From positions 1 through 51,468 of the forward strand of contig DF237245.1 of NCBI GenBank assembly GCA_000708835.1: DNA of 51,468 nucleotides. The letters are read 5' to 3'. How positions within the stretch are numbered: position 1 is the stretch's first letter; each line of letters begins with the position of its first letter. Positions 34,419 to 46,211 of the stretch are shown in pieces. The translations under genes were made by a program, and so were the position numbers. The notes beneath the pieces were generated by a model, which saw only the letters and a list, made by a program, of their open reading frames with translations, ran no database searches and was not told the origin of the DNA. This DNA is from Klebsormidium nitens (lineage: Eukaryota > Plantae > Klebsormidiophyceae).

Positions 34419-34942
34419 TTTCGCACGCAGAAATGGGACATGGAAGTGAACTCTTGTCAGGACTCAAAGGTCTTTGGACCAGCAGCCAGCCCGCAGCATT
34501 GAAGATGAAGCCCCCATCTCTTGCTGCTTTTACGTAAAGTGCAGAAGCCTTCTTGCAGTGATTAGAGCGAGACTCCAGAAGGCTTGACTTCTTGAAGTTG
34601 AATCGAAGACATGAGCCTTGATGAGGGCAACATTTTGTTAAAGACTGACATTGACAGTGGACACACAGTTGGCATACACGAAAGAAAGCCCTTTGCCAAG
34701 GGCCTATGATGTGTCGCCAATAGAATTTATGAGGAAGTTTAACACTACCTACACAGGTCTTATCGGATACCAAGAAGCCGATTCAGAGTGTCATTGAAAG
34801 GCTTTGTCCTCCGATAAACGAGCCACATATGGAGTTCCAGAAGTCTGGTTTTTGCTCCGTATGCTCTTGCCCGCCGACATGACTTCCTCTCCTCTGAGGA
34901 CTCACTCTGACGAAGAGCCATTGCATTGGCGCACAAGCAGCC

Positions 34943-35155
34943 ATGTCTGCCCTCTTTGATTTCCAGTCCTTCCTGACCGTGGTCCTGCTCTTCATCTGCA
35001 CCTGTACCTACCTGAAGCTTAACTTTCCCAAGCTGTTGGAGGAGAAGACGGGATTCAGGGGTTTCTTTTGGAAGGCTGCACGGATTGGCGAGCGGCTGAG
35101 CCCTTGGATGGCTGCCAGCTGCCTTGTCATGGGCACATACCTGCTTCTCTGGTGA
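34943..35155 (+). CDS. KISH: Protein kish (TMEM167/DUF1242), intronless, 70 aa
   Basis: Single [28 protein letters not shown]...[28 protein letters not shown], matching the characteristic kish consensus (MSALFNF.S.L.V.LL.ICTCTY; [11 protein letters not shown]). Confidence 0.96.
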   Translation: MSALFDFQSFLTVVLLFICTCTYLKLNFPKLLEEKTGFRGFFWKAARIGERLSPWMAASCLVMGTYLLLW

Positions 35156-35241
35156 TTGGCGTGCATGGTCAGGAGCTGCGGGGACTCAGGGCGCACGGTT
35201 TGCTAAAGGGTGGTGCAGAAGATAGGAAAGAGGCATGAGCC

Positions 35242-38200
35242 ATGGATGCAACCGAGCTCAAGCGTTTGAAAGAAGAGTAAGCTGCCTACTCCAGATACTG
35301 TGTTCGTCTTATTCATTTACTTCTCTAGTGAAGAATTGGAATCTAAGAATGCCGCTCCATAGAATGTACATTTGAGGTTTATGCAGGCCCCTCTGTGCCG
35401 CGCCGGGGACTTGAAGTTACACTGAGATGCCACAAGTCAAAGTGCTCTTCCAGACACAGGATTCGCAAAACTCGACTTGATTATGCCAGTCAAGCTGAGT
35501 GCGCATGGGCTTCACGAGTTAAGAAGATCAAGCTCCCAAGCTTGTTGTCTTGTTTCGTGCCTTGTTGATGGGCCTTCCAAGGACCAAATGAGCCGCTGTT
35601 TGTGTTGTCTTGTTTGAACACATTGAACTGATTGAACAAGCTTCCTAAGTGCAGAGGGGTGGTGCTCTTGTACGTTTGCAGAATAACCCAAGAATCGGTG
35701 TTGCATGTAGAACTTGTGTTCGGAGTGGGCTGTTCGAAGCTTGTTTGGTTCAGGGTGTCTCTCTTTGTTGCAGGTTTGTGAGCAATCTCGAAGGCACCAC
35801 CATGCTCGAGATCTCAAGCGTGATGGGGCTGACACCGGTAAGTGGACTTATTGACTTCTTGCGTGACTTCAAATGTTCAGGAAGAAGTCTCTGTCAGCCA
35901 AGTTGGAGAATCGTGCTTGTGATCACTCCCCCTGTGGAGCAAACAACCAGGCCAGACAATTATGAAAGCATCTGCGGGAGTTGATGGTTCTGTTTTGTGG
36001 AAAGGTCAAGGAAATAATGCATCCACCCATTTTGAGAGTACATATCTTTCTCAAAGCTTTGCTTTGTCAAGGCTTTGTCGCTTTCTTTGCCTAGTGAAAG
36101 GCTGTTTAAGCAAGTTTGTTCCCCCCTACAATAGAGTACCCTCTAAGCAGACCTGTTGCAGGTGGCTGTCTTCTTCCGACTGGTGCTTGCCGCTTTCCTG
36201 GACCAGAGTAAGCTTCACCTGGCTTCTCCTGTTGATTCAAAGCAGTGCAAACAAAGGATCCTTTCTTTTCAGACCCATTGCCCTTCATGGCCGTCTCATG
36301 TTAACTTAGTGCTACTCTATACATGAAGGAAGAGTTAGCTGCTGCTCGTACACCAAGCTCAGACGTTCTTGTTCGAAGATACTGTGTGGTTACTAAAGGC
36401 TTGAATAAGGATATGTATCATGGAAACGAAGCTCACTAAGAGCATCTACCTTGCAGCTCAAGGAACAAAGAGAAGCCGTACGGGCAAACACCGCGATTCG
36501 ACGAAGGCTGCAGCCTCATCTCAGTCCACGCTCCTGGATTTTCTTGTTATCGTGATGCCCACTCTCTACTGCATGACTGTAAGTCAAGTCACTTCTTGCT
36601 CTGACTGCCAGCATCTCTAAGTCCTCTGCCAGTTGCTGCTTTCCAGTACCAGATACACTCAAGCACTGCTAAAATATACCAGCCTTCGTAAGCTTTGACG
36701 GTGCTTCACATCGCCTGCTTCGAGCTGTGTCGAATGATCAGTGTAGATATACAGGCTTGTGCGTTACGTTAGGCTTCTGACGTGCCTACATTGGACTGCG
36801 GCCGCAATCTGGAGGTCGGTTGAATTAGTTGTTAATGTCAGGAAGCAACAGTCGGGCATTACGGGATCTGCTCTTATTGAAGCGGTGATGTCATCTTAAT
36901 ATGCAGTGAGGCAGATGGCCAGATGTCTTACTCCACCCGAAAGGTTCAGATGTACGTGATTCAGGTCAGCCAGGCTTGGCTTTTGAAATTGTGCCTGCCC
37001 TCAAGACACGTCTTCCAACAGCCTGCCTTCCTGAATACTGTCTTTTTCTTGGTTGCAGCATCCAGAAGCCGTCTGGCCCTCCATTCTCTTCTTCTCCGTG
37101 GCATCCGCCTTTCTGGTCCTCATAGCCAAGAGGTAAGTTCTGCTATCCCCTCGCTTGAACAGTGTTATTGTGCTGTGTTCAGCTTGCAGAGCCGGTGCAG
37201 AGAATTCTTTGAATGCGTGCCAGATGCGCGCCAATCTGCAACACGCCCTGTCGGTGGATCATAGTCTGCAAGTGCCATTTTTCTTGCAGGGGAACAAGTC
37301 TCACATATGCAAACAATCAATTGCTTCGGTCCTTAGCTTCAGGATTCGGGTCCTAAAAGGTTGAGGACGCAAACTCAATATGGCTTCTAAAGATCAGACT
37401 AGCGCACTTCTGGCCGCTTTGAGGCCGTGTGCGGGGGACTTATATCCTCTTTGGCACGAGAGTTTTGCATTGGCTGGATACGTTTAGTCCGAGTCCTTAC
37501 GAGCTCGAGGCAGAATTGAAACCCTATATCGACTTTCCGTTTGTTTGTTTTTTGCCTCTCTATGGAGGTGACCATCATTCGAGCGTTCGTGTCCTTTCCA
37601 CGCATCCTAGACCAGGGCCAAACCGGTTAAGTATGCTGATTCAATATTCCTCTTGCAGGCAGTGGGCGTCTGACATCTTATGCTTTCCCTGCCCCTCAAG
37701 ACATGTCCTAGCGGGTATCGCCTCCCCCAAGAAGCCGTTCCTTTCGAAGTACCGAGCAAGCATGGTCAGTTCTCCAAATATTTGAAATCCGATGTCCAGT
37801 CAGAACACGAATTTGCGCCGCGGGAGGTAATAGATTTGAACAGGCCAGAGACTCTGAGCACTTCCAGGCCGTCTGGGTTTTGACCACTGTTCATCCTGAA
37901 AGAACCAAGTCGAAGCGCTGACTGTTAGCATCGGGTTCCATGGCTACCATGTCTGAACCGTTATGAATCTGTCTGGTGGAAAGGTCTGTGTCATTCCAAC
38001 GTCTCATGATGGTCTCGCGCGTTTGAGTCATTCATTCTGAGAGATGTCCTCGAGTTTTGGTTCAAATGGGATTGAATGCCATTGCCGGTGGTTTTACAGG
38101 GATCAAGTACAGTGTTGGTCATGATATTTCTGTGCGGTCAGGTATTGTTGCCAACACGGTCGCTTCCTGTGCATTCCTTCTCTAGTGTTTGTCGCTTGAG

Positions 38201-41200
38201 TTTACCTCAATGAAGCGGAGTGTCAGGGATCCGTTATACCCCAGTTCCCAACACACCTCCGTCAGCAGTTTCCACCGAGATTACCAGGGTATTTACCCGT
38301 GGCTCTCGGTGCAGATGCTTCTCACTGTTATCGCAATCCTGGCGGTCGACTTCGATATCTTTCCAAGGCGGTTTGGCAAGGCGGAGACTTTCGGGACCGG
38401 CCTGGTAAGTAAATTTTCTGCACGCTCAAGAGGAGTCCTAGAACGGTTCTGTTCCGTACGTTAAAAAACCAAACAATTCTGAAGCGAATCTCGCCCTCTT
38501 ATTCTCTTCTAGTTGGTTTCTACGGCCACCCTTACGCTGACATTGGCCGGAGTTCGTAGCTATGAGGGGCTTGCTTTCTTCTCCCCAGCTTGAACCCACC
38601 TCGTCCTCCTATTGTTGTAAGTTCCAATTTTGCAGTCTCTTCTTTCTTGTACCTTGCAAGCATTGGAGTCGTATCTTGCTTCCTCTCAGTCTCTGATCTT
38701 GAGAGTGGAGTCGGTCAAACCTTGTAAAGAGTGCCAATACAGATGGTCGTGAAGAAGTCTGCTTCGCTATTTCTACTCGGCATGTCTCGATCACGTGTCA
38801 AGAAGAGACCAATTCCTTTGGGTGTCTAGGCATACCTACATGACCTGGTCAAATGTCTATCCGTACTTTCCTCTCCCTGGAGGCTGGACTATTTGAGGAC
38901 AGCAATCCCTCTCTCGACGATCTTTCTGTGTAGCGCAAGTTCGCTCAGAAGTACTGTTCTTTCCAATTCCAGTTGAGTCAGTATTGGATGGTATAACGCC
39001 AATTGAACCAGGCGCAGTTGCTCTGTTGGACGCCTTTGCTTTTGGTTGGTTGAAGGGATGTCGAGGACGGCTACTCCCTGGCCTATGCGGTTCCTGGCCA
39101 GGTCGAGGAGTCTAAGCTGCGGATGACATGCCTCCCATTCTTAAGCCTCAAAGACAAGATTCCAAATGCCGAAAGCTTTGGCATGCTTCTGACGTGCAGT
39201 CCGTCGTTGCTAGATGCTGTGTAAGTGCTCGACCGGTCCGGACTCTTTCTATATCAGAGCACGTGGTCCGATCGTTACATTGAAAACGAAGTCAAGCTGG
39301 GGCTTCTCGAAGCTTTGAGTAATTTCAGCTTCACGAAGTCTAAGGAAGACCTTTTGTCTGCTGGCGTTTGCTCGATCCACTCCTTTCGTCAGGTATCAGG
39401 CAAGCTCTTCTGGCACCTGTCTTTGATACACAGCTTGCATACATTCCGCCGACGAGGCAAGCGCTGAATGTGGCTTCTCCGGGAGCGTCCTTTCTGATGC
39501 TGGATAAATCTTTCCTGTCAGTTTGTTCGTTTTGGCCTTCACCAAGAGTGGCTGAGAGCAGTCTATGAATGAGCCTACTTGCGTCCAGTTCGGTCCGAAG
39601 TGTCGGCTCGTGATCTGGTTGACGGAATCGTGAAAACATCGTCCCGCTTGCTCGCATCCTGTAACTCGTCAATGCTCAGCTGACCTCCGTCAGGTGTTCA
39701 TTTTCAGCACTGATATGATCTGCTTGGCCAAAGCATGGCCACTTACAGTCTTCTGGATGTTACTTAAGACGATCTTGAATGCATGAACGAATCTACCTTG
39801 CATCTTGTGGAGAGATGGTGTGGGTGACTGACCATTGGCTAGTCCTCAGCAATCGCGTATTCTGCCCGGAGTACGTTGCGGTAATGACGATGCCCGTGTG
39901 GCTGATTTGAAATTGGTCACAGCCCAAGCTCTGCAGCGGATGCCGCGGTTGCACTATACTTTCCCCTCGACATAGTCTGGTCAAACGTCGTTATTGCGAA
40001 CTGGAACGTGGACCACTTGAGGGTCAGTTGGTTTGCTGCTCGAATGCAATTTGGAAGCTTCCTTTCGTGACGCCGAAGCTGACAGCTTGCGATATGATCG
40101 CGTCCAATAGAGTGAGACGAAGCGAAAAAATCAGTTCAGCTTCGCCATGATACGAACTGCTCTTCGCTCTCAACATCTCCGCACAGTGGTGCTGATCACT
40201 TGCGACTTCTCGAGAGCCCTTGCCAAGCTTCATGTGCCCCAGTGTTTACAGTACTAGATGTTGTCAGGGAAGGTTAGCGAGCTCGGATGCCTCGGCTTGG
40301 ACTCGTTCAGCTGGGCGATCTGGTGTGGGTGCGCAGCGTCGTTGTACTGTGCTTTACCAGTTAGAGAAAGGCTTGTTGTTTTCGAATTCTTGCAAAAGAT
40401 TGCTTGCTTCCGGACAAACGTCATCACAAGACTGCCAATTTGGAGGGAGCCAAAAGCTGCTCTGTTTGAGCGGTCATCCGTCAAGCTACTGAAAGCCGTT
40501 GGTTTCTGTGAAAAGCTGCAGCCGCCATTTGGAGTTCTCGATCTTTGTAGTATTCAGGTCCTCGTTTCTTCTGATTGACGATAGCAGTCTGGGGATCCGA
40601 TTGAGTTTGTCTCATGCGAAGTATTGCCGGTTCGATGTTCTAGCCCAATCCGTACGATGGCAGCCTGCACTCATTGTAGCTGCGGCATGTAGCTCTTGGT
40701 TTTTACCGAAGCCCGTTGTCGATAATAATCAGGCAATCAGGACTTTATGGTATCACAATACAAAGGCTGTTAGTCCAGAACCCGCATAATAATGGAATTC
40801 ACAGCCAGATCATTCGAAGACTGTGTCAAAGATGAGTCGCACTGTTGGTCTGCGTAGTATGCTCCACCCCGCGCATAACGGTTTCCACCAGGCTCTGATG
40901 ACACAGGTAGTGCCTTTGTCAACCTGATGACATTGAAGGCTTTATGAACATATGTCCCCGGATTCACCTTCTTAAATCTGGCAGTCCCTTAAGATTCTGA
41001 GCTTATGTACGACCACTCAGCTCCGAGGCGGGAGTCTTTCATGTGTTGCGGTAGTGCTATCTCAAGATGTCATATTGGTATGATTTTCTGCTTCGTGTGT
41101 TGATGTCAGCCTTCACGTACTCTCAGAAACACTCTACACGCTTGAGTCTCCCTGCAATCGTCGAAACCGGTATCTGCTAAGCGAGCTGATTGCTGACGTC

Positions 41201-44200
41201 TCCATCTGCTGCAGATGGACGTCGGCGTGGGTTCGTTTGTGGTGGCCAACGGCGTTGTATCGCGAGAGGCGCGCGGTGTGCCCACGTGAGCCTGCTGCCT
41301 ATCTAATCAAAAGGTTTCGTATTTCTGCCTTTCCTTTTCCAGATGACGTCCCTGATGAGGGCAGGTCGTTATCGCTTTCCCTATCCTGAGAGTTGTGCGT
41401 CTGGAAGCGTTCCTTCGATGCCAGCAGCCCGCTACTTACGGTCGAGGAGTTTTCTAAGCCTTAAAACCGTTCGGCAGCCAACACCCTCCCTAGCCGCGCA
41501 GCGCCCTCCAAAGCTGAGCAAGTGATGGCTTGCCGGTTCATACAAGATCGATAGTACTTTTCAGCTTTTGTCCTTTGTTTCTTCGTCAAGAGCGTGTCCT
41601 CGTCCTTGTTCTCGTTGCACATGCGATAGTACCTTGCCTCTGGCAACTTGCTTCCGCTCAATCATATCAAATGCCTTTAAGTTCAGCTATTACCTACTCT
41701 CGTAAGAAAACCCAGCAGAACCCCGAAGATGGCGTGCGCAAAGCCTCCTCTGGGCGGAACCGTTCAGAGCTTAACCTTGACTTCTTTGGCTCTGCACTAC
41801 TCTTACACAGGCCCCCACAACCCTGCCTGCACTAGGCGTCTCCCCTGTCGCTCTCTCGAGTCCAGGTCAATCGGACCTCTTACTTTCAGCGTGCTCGTTT
41901 TTCAACCCGCAGCTCGTTTGACGTCAGAACCATGCGAACCAAATACTGGGTCCCTCGAAAGTGGTCTGCACCAGGATGCAGGCTGGTCAAAATAAGCATA
42001 CCAAATTGCAATGTGTCTCGCAGAATCTCCAGGGGTGGCCTACAGAAGACAACCCCCCTGCTGCTGCTCAGCTTTACGCGCCTGGCTGTCATGCGTGTGC
42101 CCTCGATCAACTTAAGCAAGTTCCTTAGTCAGAGTCAGGTCAGTCAAACCCTGTGATATGTCCTACAGGCCCCCTAGGAGTCGCCTACAGAAGACGCCCC
42201 CCTGCTTGTGCTCAGCTTTGCGCCGCCGGCTGCCATGCGCACTCCAAGTTCAATCAAGTCAAGGAGATTGGTGGTCAGACATAAGTCGAGCAAACCGTGC
42301 AATTTGTCTCGCAGGCCCCAAGGGAGTCGCCTACAAAAGACTTCCCCCGGCTACTGCTCGGCTTTGTGCGGTTGCTGCCACACGCATTCCCTGAATCATA
42401 GTAAGCGAGTTTCGTCATCAAATCAAATCAACTGAACCCTTTAATTTTCCGCACAGGTCCTCCTGGGGTGGTCTACGCCGGACGTCCCCGTAGCTGCTGC
42501 TCGGCTTCGCCAGCCTGGCTGCCGTGCCCGTTCCCCCGTCAATCAAGTCAAGCAAGTTTCTGGTCAGAAGAAAGTTAACCAAACCCTGCACTTTTTCCAC
42601 AGGCCCCCCAGGGGTGGTCTGCGCCGGACGTCCCCCTTACTGCTGCTCGGCTTTGCGCGACTGGCCGCCACCAAGGCGGCGGGGTACCAGGAGCACGTGG
42701 GCGAGTACGGCACGCACTGGAACTTCTTCTTCACGCTCGCGGCCGTGGAGCTGCTGACGTCAGCGGCGCCGATAGGCCCCGGACGGGCGGGCCTGGTCGG
42801 AGCGGTGGTGCTGGCAGGTGGGTCTTTGCTGGGTGGGTGTGGGATTGGGTTAGGAAATGGGTTAGTTAATTATCTGCCTTTCAAAGAAGTTGAGTGCGTC
42901 GAATTACTGGCTGCACATCGGATAAGGTTAATGAATGTAAGATCATGGGCAACAGCAAGTGGTTTTGAAGCTCGTCACGAGATAGAAGAGTCTGATTCTG
43001 AAAACTTCACAAAATGCTAGGGATCATCAGTGAAGTTTTCACTCCATAGGTTCACTGTGTCTGGAAGTCCTACGGGGCATCGCTCCAGGCTCTTATTTTT
43101 CGTTTTTTTCTGTAGAGATTGGAAGCATTAGGGGCCTACAGTAAGAGCAAGGCTCGGGAGTCGACAAAGGCATTGCTGTTCCAATTACTGGCAAACGCTA
43201 ACGTTCCCCGCCAGCATCTTTGACCAAGCAGGGAAGCTAATGGCTCCCGAGCAACCATTTGCCGCCTTGATGCAAGAAAACAAAGTCACAAATTACAAAA
43301 TCGGGTCACTTTTGCTGTGTTCGGCCACGCACAGGTCCGTCAACGCTCTTTACTTCGAGAAGGGAACTCGCAGAAGAGGCCCGCTAAAAGGAGCAGAGCT
43401 CTCGTTGCTGACGGAGCATCTTTTCGCAGGGTATCAGGCGGTGCTTTCCAAGAGCAACCTGAGCGAGGTGCTCATGTCCAACCACAGGGGGGCCTCTTTG
43501 CTGAGCCAGAACAAGGAGGGGGTGGCCAGCGCCTTCGGTGAGTGACGTAAGCGTCACAGCACTCTTGCAAACTCTTCTGTGGGTCGATCTTTTGTACGCT
43601 TCTGCAGCACCCGGCTTGTTTCTGAATTTGAATGGTTTCTCCGTCCGCAAAAGTTGCATGTATTACATGATGACGTCTGGTCTTCTCAAGAGCGCTTTGG
43701 CTGTGCTCTTTGCATCTCTATCAACGCAGCAACAGCGGTACTCGCTATCAACTCCTGGTTAGAGGCTTCCAGACAACTATGTCAGATTCTTTTACTGTCT
43801 GCTATCATTCTCTTGCTTTTTCTCCTTTTTAGGTTACTGGGCGCTGTACCTTCTGAGCGTCCAGCTCGGCCGATTCTTTGCCACGTCAGCAGCACATGCC
43901 GCACAAGAACTCGCCCCGGGGAAGACGGGGGAATCTCGGGAGAGCGACCTGCAAGCGGGGCGGCACTGGTGGCGATTCGCCGGAAAGGTCTGGGGGCTGC
44001 AGCTGGCGCTGTGGTGAGTAACAGAATCGCTGGAAGGGACGACTCTAGCTTACCCAATCTGGGCTCTCGTAGATGACGTGAAGATCATCTGGGCTCGTAT
44101 ATGACGTAAAGATCATCATTTCTTGTAAGGCTCGTTTGAGTTTGCGGAAGCCAGCCACGACGTCTCAAGAGCGTGTCAGGATGTAGAGTCTCGAGTTTGA

Positions 44201-46211
44201 GCAGTCCGCGTCTCCTAGGATGATCCCCACACCTTAGGCTGGCCATCCTCTGTGGGGCATCTCTTTTGGTTGGACGGTCGCCCATCGGGCCAGGTCGGGC
44301 CCTCAGTTTTCGTAGCTTCTGGCGACGAAGAGCCTCTACTTTGAGCTGCAGCACAGATTGAGAGACTACGCTCGCTTGATTTCAAGCCACTTGTTTTCTC
44401 TAGGATTGAAACAGTAGCACAATTGCACGATTGAGGATGCTTACTCCTTGCGAGTCACCGTGGATTTCATTGAGGCTCGTTCCTTTCTTCAGGGTGTGTA
44501 CCAATCTGGCGGATGCCTACATCGAGCGGGTTTCTCGACGATCGGTAAGAAACACTTTTTCTTTCACTCCACTCCGTCCCTTTCTGGTTGGCGCAAGTTC
44601 AGCAACTGTTGAGTCTTATCTGCCGGTCACTTCAGCTTTCCAACGATTCTCTCGTTTGAACAATCCAGTCCTCTCTCTAGAGCGGAAAATGAATGCTTTG
44701 AAGGCCAACCAGTCGTGCTACCCCATCGTTGGCTCGTCGCATTCTCGCCAGAATCTGGCGAACTCTGCTTTGAAGGACAGTCTGGGCTCATGGGTGGACT
44801 AAGCAAGCATCGAGAAAGCCGTTCTCGATGCGTCCGAGGATGCAAAGCCTTAAACGGAAATTGGAGACCGGGAAGTCACGAGCGTCGCAAATACATCATA
44901 CTACGTTCTGACTGCTTCCAGCTGCCCTTCTGCAGTGCAATCTGGCGTACGTGCTGTGGATGCTGGCCTTCAACCTCCAGGTACAGTGTGTATCCCATCT
45001 GTCATTGCGCTCGTATACAAATCTGCTGTGGGCTTAAAATCGCTCATGGCGGTCCTTGCTGGAACTATGATCCTTGCATTCCAAGTCTGTTGTGCTGCCC
45101 AGAAGTACAATTTCTGAGTTTGGAAGCGCCATGAGTTGCTCAAGCTGACTTTGAAGATTCGGCGGCTAGAATTATTGTCGGACGACCGTCTCGCTGAAAA
45201 AGCCCCGTTCTTGTTGTCGAAGTCGAGTGTCCGTAACTTGACTTGCCCATTATCCTGAATACACCACCTCTGATTTATCCAAGACCAGAACCTTATGCTG
45301 TACCAAAGTTTGGGTCCAAGCAGCAACATCGCATACTGCCTCTGCATCGGTACCTGCCCACTGATCCGCCGACCCTTACGCTGGTTTTTCCTCCACTTCG
45401 GCACATGCACCGTGACCTGTACGTTCTAAAGACCATCAAACCGTGTACAGAAAAGCTCTCGTGCCCGTGCAGGCAATCTCCATGTTTGTGACCTTCGACC
45501 TGCTCCTCCCGCCCCGGTCGTACTCCCTCCTGGACGCCATCGACTATAACCTGCTCCCGATCTTTTTGCTGGTAAGATTCCCCCTCTCTTCATCTTTCGC
45601 TTGGCTCTTTAGACTCCGTTTCCCGTCTGTTCCGCCCGCAATCACCGGTTTGTGCGTCGGTCCCGGTCTTCTTCAAATAGAAAGGGTCGTTTGGCGGCTT
45701 CTTCTATAGTCCGCGATTTTCTTCGCGGCCTTTTGGGGCTCCTGCCGCTCCCGTGTTGCATTGTGCTTCTTTTAGCCCCCGCTTTCTGACGTCAGCGTCC
45801 CCAAATTTCCTCGTTCGACGGGTGCTTCGCCTATCCACCTAGACCGCCATGGCTTTTGTTGGAGCCCTCAGCCGCCTGTTGCAGGTCTTGACAGTCACTC
45901 AGAAGTCGAACCTCTCATTTCTTCTCAATTGGTTGGCCCGGTTTTTGCGTCTTTGGTTCGGCGACCATTTCGTGGACTCTGCTGCCTTTCCGTCGCCTTT
46001 AACACGTCCGCCACGCCTGCGTGATTCGTAATTGACACTTTTCGCCCACTTTTTCCAGGGCAATCTTCTCACGGGCCTGGTCAACATGAGCATTGACACT
46101 CTGCACACGCCCCGTGCCCATGCTTTCATCATTCTGACGTTGTACATAGGGGTAGTCTCTTGGACAGCATGGGTATTGCACCGGACGCGAGTACGCTTGG
46201 CATTTTGGTGA
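35242..46211 (+). CDS. PIGW: GPI-anchor inositol acyltransferase PIG-W/GWT1, 15 exons, 486 aa
   Basis: join(35242-35276,35774-35837,36162-36207,36457-36578,37059-37132,37659-37764,38315-38404,41215-41285,42603-42817,43430-43537,43833-44013,44493-44544,44936-44980,45473-45571,46059-46211) = 1461 nt, phases consistent. Motifs: [105 protein letters not shown]. Confidence 0.95.
39063..39942 (-). pseudogene. Possible decayed leucine-rich-repeat coding remnant, antisense inside PIG-W intron 7
   Basis: Minus-strand peptides [21 protein letters not shown] (39063-39125) and [19 protein letters not shown] (39886-39942) resemble RI-like LRR units LxxLxLxxNxI. Frames are interrupted by stops. Confidence 0.3.
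42015..42690 (+). repeat. Five-unit tandem array (about 145-nt period) of the PIG-W exon-9 acceptor and first ~70 nt; only the last unit is coding
   Basis: CAG acceptors end at 42023, 42168, 42314, 42456 and 42602. Each is followed by a version of gcccccc.ggggtggtct.cgccggacgtccccc...ctgctgctcggcttt, and the spacers share tcaatcaagtcaagcaag...ggtcaga...caaaccctg. A fainter sixth copy starts at 41811. Confidence 0.92.
44057..44116. repeat. Imperfect tandem duplication (about 29 nt x2) in PIG-W intron 11
   Basis: atctgggctctcgtagatgacgtgaagatc then atctgggctcgtatatgacgtaaagatc. Confidence 0.85.

Noticed and set aside
41343-41364. Strong-looking acceptor (ttccttttccag/ATGACG) shortly after PIG-W exon 8
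   Set aside because: Splicing to it gives an immediate stop (ACA TGA), and the protein aligns well without it.
42015-42690. Regularly spaced repeats could be mistaken for a CRISPR array or satellite
   Set aside because: Units are diverged ~145-nt duplications of a eukaryotic intron-exon junction, with homologous rather than unique spacers and no cas genes.
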